Shown: positions 59,151 to 64,000 of the stretch, piece after piece | Position numbering within the stretch: the first letter of the stretch is position 1 | How the letters are laid out: every line of letters starts with the position of its first letter | Source of the DNA: Patescibacteria group bacterium | GTDB lineage: Bacteria; Patescibacteriota; Gracilibacteria; UBA4473 | Assembly (NCBI GenBank): GCA_965660445.1 | Contig: CBFIAK010000001.1 | Coordinates: forward strand, 480,001 to 544,000 | DNA: 64,000 bases | Direction: 5' to 3' | Made by a program: the position numbers and the translations under genes | Notes under the pieces: model-generated | The model's database searches: none | What the model saw: the letters and a program-made list of their open reading frames with translations, nothing else | Told to the model about the DNA's origin: nothing

Positions 59151-60278
59151 TTAAGTATGTCGTTCAAGTATTTCACAGAACCCTAGAATTTCCTGAAGCT
59201 CTACTTTTCGAAAAAGGGATTCAGTGGTGTCTTCTTCTTGAATGAGTATTTTTCTTTGGAGAAGTGTTTCACTATGCTGTGATTGTGAAAGTCTGTAAAG
59301 AGTGCATCCCGTATATCGTTCTTCGTGTTCAAGTATGTATTCTTGTATTTCTTCTTTATTTTTGCCGAGTAAGTCGGGAAAAATTAAAGATGGGTGTGAT
59401 TGAAGTGTTATATTGCCAAATTGTTCACGGTAGAGCGAAGAAAAAGATAAGGAAGAATCACCAACAAGCACAAAATCGGGATTGTGTTTTCGAATTGTAT
59501 TCATTAAAAATCGATCACTTTCTTCAGGTGTGAAATCATTATTTTTTTCTTGTACGTGTATGTCAGCTTGTTGTGATGACATAAGCTTAATTGCTGAATC
59601 AGCTTGACTATCAGTTATGTATGCAGAAAAAGTGACGTTTGGAATGCGACCATTTTCTTTGCGATCAATCAGTCGAGCAAGAAGTGTGCTTGATTGAGAA
59701 CCAATAAAAACAATTTTTCTCGGTTTTGGTGGTTTGGGAAGTGATTTTTGAAGTTGAGGAAGAATTGTATGTGCCTCTTGCTCTAAATTATTGAGAATAT
59801 TGTAGTGTATTTCAATATCAGATATAGCTTGATATATGTTTTTCCGCTGTGACCACATTTGGTCTATCTCTTGGGCAAATGGTATATCCGGATTGATGCG
59901 TTCTCGCTTCGATTCTTCAGTGTTTTTGAGGAGTTCTGCGCGTACAATAGAGAAATCAGGATTTGTAAAGACAAATACCCCTGTTTTTTTTAAGTTTTCA
60001 AGGTTTTTTGAGTTCTCAATAGTTCCTGAACCTGTTGCTACAATACCAGAAAAATTACGACAAAAATCGTGAGCGACTTTTTGTTCTATTTCTCGATAAA
60101 CTTGCCACCCATTTGTATTAACAAACGAGTCAATGCTTCCTCCAATCAGAAATTCAACCTCACTATCAATATCAGCAAACGGAAGGTTGGTTATACGGCT
60201 GAGAGCCAGACCAAACTCTTTTTTTTTGGAACCTCTAAATCCAACTAGGACGATATTTTTCTTTTTCACAAACAACAT
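59151..60278 (-). CDS. shikimate kinase-like / formyltransferase (PurN)-like fusion protein
   Basis: N-half NIVLVGFRGS, F.D.D, GW..YRE.E, IVATG.G, R...Y; C-half PD.VL.G, HPSL..P, TGCT, DT.ESL..KV...E. Confidence 0.75.
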   Translation of the reverse strand: MLFVKKKNIVLVGFRGSKKKEFGLALSRITNLPFADIDSEVEFLIGGSIDSFVNTNGWQVYREIEQKVAHDFCRNFSGIVATGSGTIENSKNLENLKKTGVFVFTNPDFSIVRAELLKNTEESKRERINPDIPFAQEIDQMWSQRKNIYQAISDIEIHYNILNNLEQEAHTILPQLQKSLPKPPKPRKIVFIGSQSSTLLARLIDRKENGRIPNVTFSAYITDSQADSAIKLMSSQQADIHVQEKNNDFTPEESDRFLMNTIRKHNPDFVLVGDSSLSFSSLYREQFGNITLQSHPSLIFPDLLGKNKEEIQEYILEHEERYTGCTLYRLSQSQHSETLLQRKILIQEEDTTESLFRKVELQEILGFCEILERHT

Positions 60279-60352
60279 ATAGCATTATTTGCATTCAAAA
60301 TCAAATTTGTTTACAGTATTCATGAATATTTTTTTTAAAACATATTATTTTT

Positions 60353-61585
60353 ATGGTTTCCTTTGTACAACGTTTTGTCTTTTTTCTGAGTATTATAAGT
60401 GTAATATTTATTCCTTCTTTCGTTTCAGCTCAGAGTGTTTTTCAGTTTTCAGACGGAGATTCTTTTCCGTCTTGGGGGAGATTATCAATTGAAGATATGA
60501 AAGAAAAAGGAATTATGACTGGTTTTGCCGATGGTTCTTTTCGTCCAGATGTGTTTTTAAACCGAGTTGAAGCACTTGCTGTTTTATTACGAATAAAAGG
60601 TATTGATTATACTCAAGAAAATGGAAATGGTGGTGATTTCTATGATGTACAACCTCATGAGTGGTATACAAAAATTGTTCAATCAGGGGTTCGACAAGGA
60701 TGGATTAAAGGGTTTTCAGATGGATCTTTTCGTCCAGCACAGTCTGTTACAAAAGCGGAATTTGCAGTTATGGTTCAACGTGCGTTTTCTTTGACGAGAC
60801 AAAGTGATGATGCGTTTGATGATGTTCCGCCTGAAAGTTGGTTTTCACAAGCCGTATCATCGTTAGCAGCCAATGAGTTAATTCGTCAAAGAGGGACTTC
60901 ATTTTTTCCTCATGAATATGTTTCTCGGGCTGAAGCAGCATGGATTTTGTCATCTATAACTCGCATGCCTCGTTTAATGGGCACTTCTCAATCAATGGAT
61001 TTATCTGGTGCTTTGCGTCGTGATACTCGTCGAGTTGCTTTACGTCCACGTGATTTCAACCCTTATAAACAAGGAATAGAAAGTACTGCTAAACAAATCC
61101 GATTACAACCAATGAAAGCATCAGAAAATCCGATTATTCTTCATCGTACAGATGATTGGGTTTCAGTCGGGCGTATACAGGTTCAGAATTTGTTTGATAC
61201 TCGATCTCAACTCAATATGATTGAGATGAAACTGCGTTTTGATGCTTCTAATATTGGACCTGCGGATAATTTTGATATACGGCTTTCTATAGATAATAAA
61301 GAATACATTGAAACTTTTAATACAACGGGGAGTGTTTTATTTACAGGAATTTCTTTGTGGCTTGATGCGGACGAAGAGTCAGAAATCTCTGTTTCCTTGC
61401 GTCCAAAAGAAAATGCATATTATTTTGGAGGAGTAGGGGATGGATGGTTATCGATGTTTCGTGCAGAAGGGGTGACCTATTCTGATTTTGTAAGTGCTCA
61501 AAAATCAGACAAAGGGTTTGTGTTTGCTTCTGTGAAATTAGAAGAAGGACATATAGGGCATATTACATTCGTACCTTCTGAATAA
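60353..61585 (+). CDS. S-layer homology (SLH) domain protein
   Basis: Signal peptide; three SLH repeats (GIMTGFADGSFRP...NRVEA; GWIKGFSDGSFRP...TKAEF; F.P...VSRAEA). Confidence 0.9.
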   Translation: MVSFVQRFVFFLSIISVIFIPSFVSAQSVFQFSDGDSFPSWGRLSIEDMKEKGIMTGFADGSFRPDVFLNRVEALAVLLRIKGIDYTQENGNGGDFYDVQPHEWYTKIVQSGVRQGWIKGFSDGSFRPAQSVTKAEFAVMVQRAFSLTRQSDDAFDDVPPESWFSQAVSSLAANELIRQRGTSFFPHEYVSRAEAAWILSSITRMPRLMGTSQSMDLSGALRRDTRRVALRPRDFNPYKQGIESTAKQIRLQPMKASENPIILHRTDDWVSVGRIQVQNLFDTRSQLNMIEMKLRFDASNIGPADNFDIRLSIDNKEYIETFNTTGSVLFTGISLWLDADEESEISVSLRPKENAYYFGGVGDGWLSMFRAEGVTYSDFVSAQKSDKGFVFASVKLEEGHIGHITFVPSE

Positions 61586-61715
61586 AGAATTATAAAATAA
61601 TTTTTTTCGTATTCATTTTATTTATTGTTTTAAGACTCAATAAGCGGTCTGTTGCGGAAAGAAGTATTAAAAAAACTTTGACAAAGATTCTGTTCTCTAT
61701 AAAATCTCGGTACAC

Positions 61716-61922
61716 ATGATTAAAGTAACAAAAAAAGACGGTGAATCAGCAGAAAAACTCTTAAAACGGTTTTCTGGACATGTGAAATCTCGACGATTGA
61801 TTCAAAAATTTCGATCACTTCGATATTTCTCTCAAAAACCACGAAAACGACTTGTTCGATCAGCAGCAGTTATGCGAGAAATACATCGAGCAGAAAATAA
61901 GAGAAAGTCGTATTTAAGCTAA
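61716..61922 (+). CDS. rpsU: 30S ribosomal protein bS21
   Basis: V.KK.GES.EKLLKRF, R..RYF..KP, basic 68-aa protein. Confidence 0.85.
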   Translation: MIKVTKKDGESAEKLLKRFSGHVKSRRLIQKFRSLRYFSQKPRKRLVRSAAVMREIHRAENKRKSYLS

Positions 61923-61950
61923 TTTCCTTTTTAAGGAATTTCTTTCTGCT

Positions 61951-62781
61951 ATGAAAAGAAAAGAACTGATTCAATGGGCTCAAGAGCAGTTGAATGAGTT
62001 CTCTTCTTCGTTATTAGAATCAGAGGTGTTATTGTCATGGGTTTTGGATGTTTCTCGCACATCACTTAAAAGTTCTGGTGATATGGAAGTGAGTGAAAAC
62101 GATGTTCATCGGTATAGAGATTATGTTTTTCAAAGAAAACAACATATCCCTATGGCATATATTAAAGGTATAAAGAAATGGCATGATTTTACTGTACATG
62201 TGAACAGGAAAGTCCTTATTCCTCGTGATGAAACAGAAGTTTTGTGTGAACATATTCGCCATATATGGATATTAGAGCAAAATACTCATCCTCATTGGGT
62301 GCTTGATGTCGGTACGGGGAGTGGAGTTATTGCCTTCTATATGTTGCATTATTTTTCGAAAACAAATGTATTCGCTACCGATATAAGTATGGATGCACTC
62401 GCTATAGCACAAAAAAATACATATCAGTATCAAGATAGAATTGAGTTTTGTGTTTCTAATTTGTTTTCAGATATTCCATCTCGACATTATGATATTATTG
62501 TGGCAAATCTTCCTTATATACCAGATGATTTAGAAATAAGTGATGATGTAAGGCATGAACCGTCAATAGCTCTTTTTTCAGGGAAAGATGGGCTGGATCA
62601 TATTCGGTTATTTTGGAATCAATTATGCAAAAGTAATATTACTTTTACATATGTATGGCTTGAATTTTTGCCTTCACAAAAATCATCAATAGAAGAAATT
62701 CTGTTTGGGGCTTCTTATGAATTTTTTACAGATATAGGAGGAGATGTTTTTTTTGTATGCATAAGAGGGCACCATGAATGA
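61951..62781 (+). CDS. prmC: release factor glutamine methyltransferase
   Basis: P.AYI.G, VLIPR.ETE, LDVGTGSG, ANLPYI, EP..ALF.G.DGL. Confidence 0.92.
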   Translation: MKRKELIQWAQEQLNEFSSSLLESEVLLSWVLDVSRTSLKSSGDMEVSENDVHRYRDYVFQRKQHIPMAYIKGIKKWHDFTVHVNRKVLIPRDETEVLCEHIRHIWILEQNTHPHWVLDVGTGSGVIAFYMLHYFSKTNVFATDISMDALAIAQKNTYQYQDRIEFCVSNLFSDIPSRHYDIIVANLPYIPDDLEISDDVRHEPSIALFSGKDGLDHIRLFWNQLCKSNITFTYVWLEFLPSQKSSIEEILFGASYEFFTDIGGDVFFVCIRGHHE

Positions 62782-64000
62782 CTAGAGGTTTTGTTTTTTG
62801 TGAATATACTCTTCAATAAAAATAGCAATAGAAGCTGTTACTGGAATCGAAAATATCATCCCGAGTATTGAAAGTGCAATACCTCCTGCTGCGTAACCAA
62901 GCGTTCCTCCAATAGCCAATGCAATCATAACAATAACAGAAGAAAGCCCTGTTACTTTTTCCATAACAATAGGAACCAGTACATTGCCTTCTAGGAATTG
63001 AATAAATGCAATCCAGATAAGAACGACAATAACAAGCGTCCATGATATATTATAGGCAATAAGAAGTGTAAATATACCCGTAATAAAAACTCCAATATAG
63101 GGAAAAAGTTCCATAAAAGCCGACAGAATACCAATGGTGGCAGCATATTTCATACCAAGTGTTACTTCAAAGACTTTCATACCGATATACATAGCCAGTC
63201 CTACTGAAATCATAAGGATAAATTGTCCTTTGAACCATCGAGCCATTTTATCTTGTACACGACTGGTTTTTTGAATGATATAATCTTGTTTCTCATGTGA
63301 GAAAAAGGAGAGAATTGATTTTGAGAGTGTTTCTCGTTCTAAAATCATAAAGAAAAGAAGTACTAAACCGAAAATCATATTAAACACCCCTTCAAATACA
63401 TCACTAAGTATTCCAAATGTGGCTCCCATCATGTTTTGAAAATGTTCTTGAAGTGTTTCAATTATATTACTATAACCACCATCTAGTAGTGTTTCAATAT
63501 TGAGTTCTCCAATATCGTTAAACATTTGAGTTGTATTTCCCAATGCAAGATTTATGCCAAAGAGTTTTGAAATATCTTTTAAGATAGGATTGAGTTGCTC
63601 ACTTAAAACAGGAATAATACTAAAAAATAAAATGCCAAGCCCTCCAAAAAATAATAGATAAAGAAGAAGTATTGCGATAGGTCGTGGAACTTTTCTTTTT
63701 TCAATAGATTGAACAATAGGAGTGAGCCCGATAGCCAAAAAACTACAAATGAGCGCAATAGTAAGAATGCTTTGTAGTTGGATAATGAGTTTACTGGCAA
63801 TGAAAAACAGAGAAATTACAAACAGTACTTTCATAACCGTGAGTGGTGAAATCTCAAGTTCTATTTTTTGCAATGTTGTGTCTATTTTCTGTGTGGGGTT
63901 TTTAGGGGGTGGTGTTATACTTGCTTCTTGCTTCTTTTTCTTTTCTTTTAGTTCCCTGTGGACATCTTTTATGGTTTGAATTTTCTCAAAGAGGGATCTC
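62782..64000 (-). CDS. AI-2E (PerM/TqsA) family transporter, 5' end beyond window
   Basis: L.P.V...E...PR..A, W.KGQ, E.FPYIG, Q.LEGN.L.P, G.I.S.P; frame stays open to the window end. Confidence 0.9.
   Translation of the reverse strand, partial: RSLFEKIQTIKDVHRELKEKKKKQEASITPPPKNPTQKIDTTLQKIELEISPLTVMKVLFVISLFFIASKLIIQLQSILTIALICSFLAIGLTPIVQSIEKRKVPRPIAILLLYLLFFGGLGILFFSIIPVLSEQLNPILKDISKLFGINLALGNTTQMFNDIGELNIETLLDGGYSNIIETLQEHFQNMMGATFGILSDVFEGVFNMIFGLVLLFFMILERETLSKSILSFFSHEKQDYIIQKTSRVQDKMARWFKGQFILMISVGLAMYIGMKVFEVTLGMKYAATIGILSAFMELFPYIGVFITGIFTLLIAYNISWTLVIVVLIWIAFIQFLEGNVLVPIVMEKVTGLSSVIVMIALAIGGTLGYAAGGIALSILGMIFSIPVTASIAIFIEEYIHKKQNL

Noticed and set aside
86-63979. Numerous short antisense or alternate-frame ORFs in the track (60-153 aa)
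   Set aside because: They overlap well-supported genes and show no motifs; treated as shadow ORFs.
1-64000. Genetic code 25 (TGA=Gly) as in some Gracilibacteria and Absconditabacteria
   Set aside because: Conserved genes are full-length in code 11 and several end at TGA at their expected C-termini (BatC-like EKDW, nth, four-helix-bundle protein).

Overview
AT-rich, densely coding bacterial chromosome segment read with the standard code (TGA is used as a stop, e.g. after ...EKDW at 53850). Gene content suggests, by inference, a Patescibacteria/CPR genome of the Peregrinibacteria/Gracilibacteria type: scattered housekeeping genes (recF, nth, uvrB, dnaA, recR, trmD, hisS-like, folD, rpsU, prmC, ppa, glgP), a type IV pilus locus divergent from a MoxR/DUF58/vWA (Bat-type) operon, a DegT+FemAB pair and many large lineage-specific secreted proteins. 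Most notable: (i) a small accessory region beside tRNA-Pro(TGG), with two orphan genes each behind a duplicated promoter/boxA-like/SD leader and a four-helix-bundle gene flanked by palindromic direct repeats; (ii) a 1013-aa pilin-tipped beta-propeller protein with a 12-Trp/6-Cys insert; (iii) Bacteroidota-like genes (ATP-cone NrdB/short NrdA with tandem NrdR boxes, a T9SS-CTD protein); (iv) degenerate enzyme homologues (shikimate kinase-PurN fusion, HisRS-like protein); (v) a histidine kinase split by a -1 frameshift at a G_GGT_TTG heptamer; (vi) frequent leaderless promoter architecture. No CRISPR array, rRNA, transposase, integrase or reverse transcriptase was recognised. All calls come from reading motifs by eye; no searches were run.
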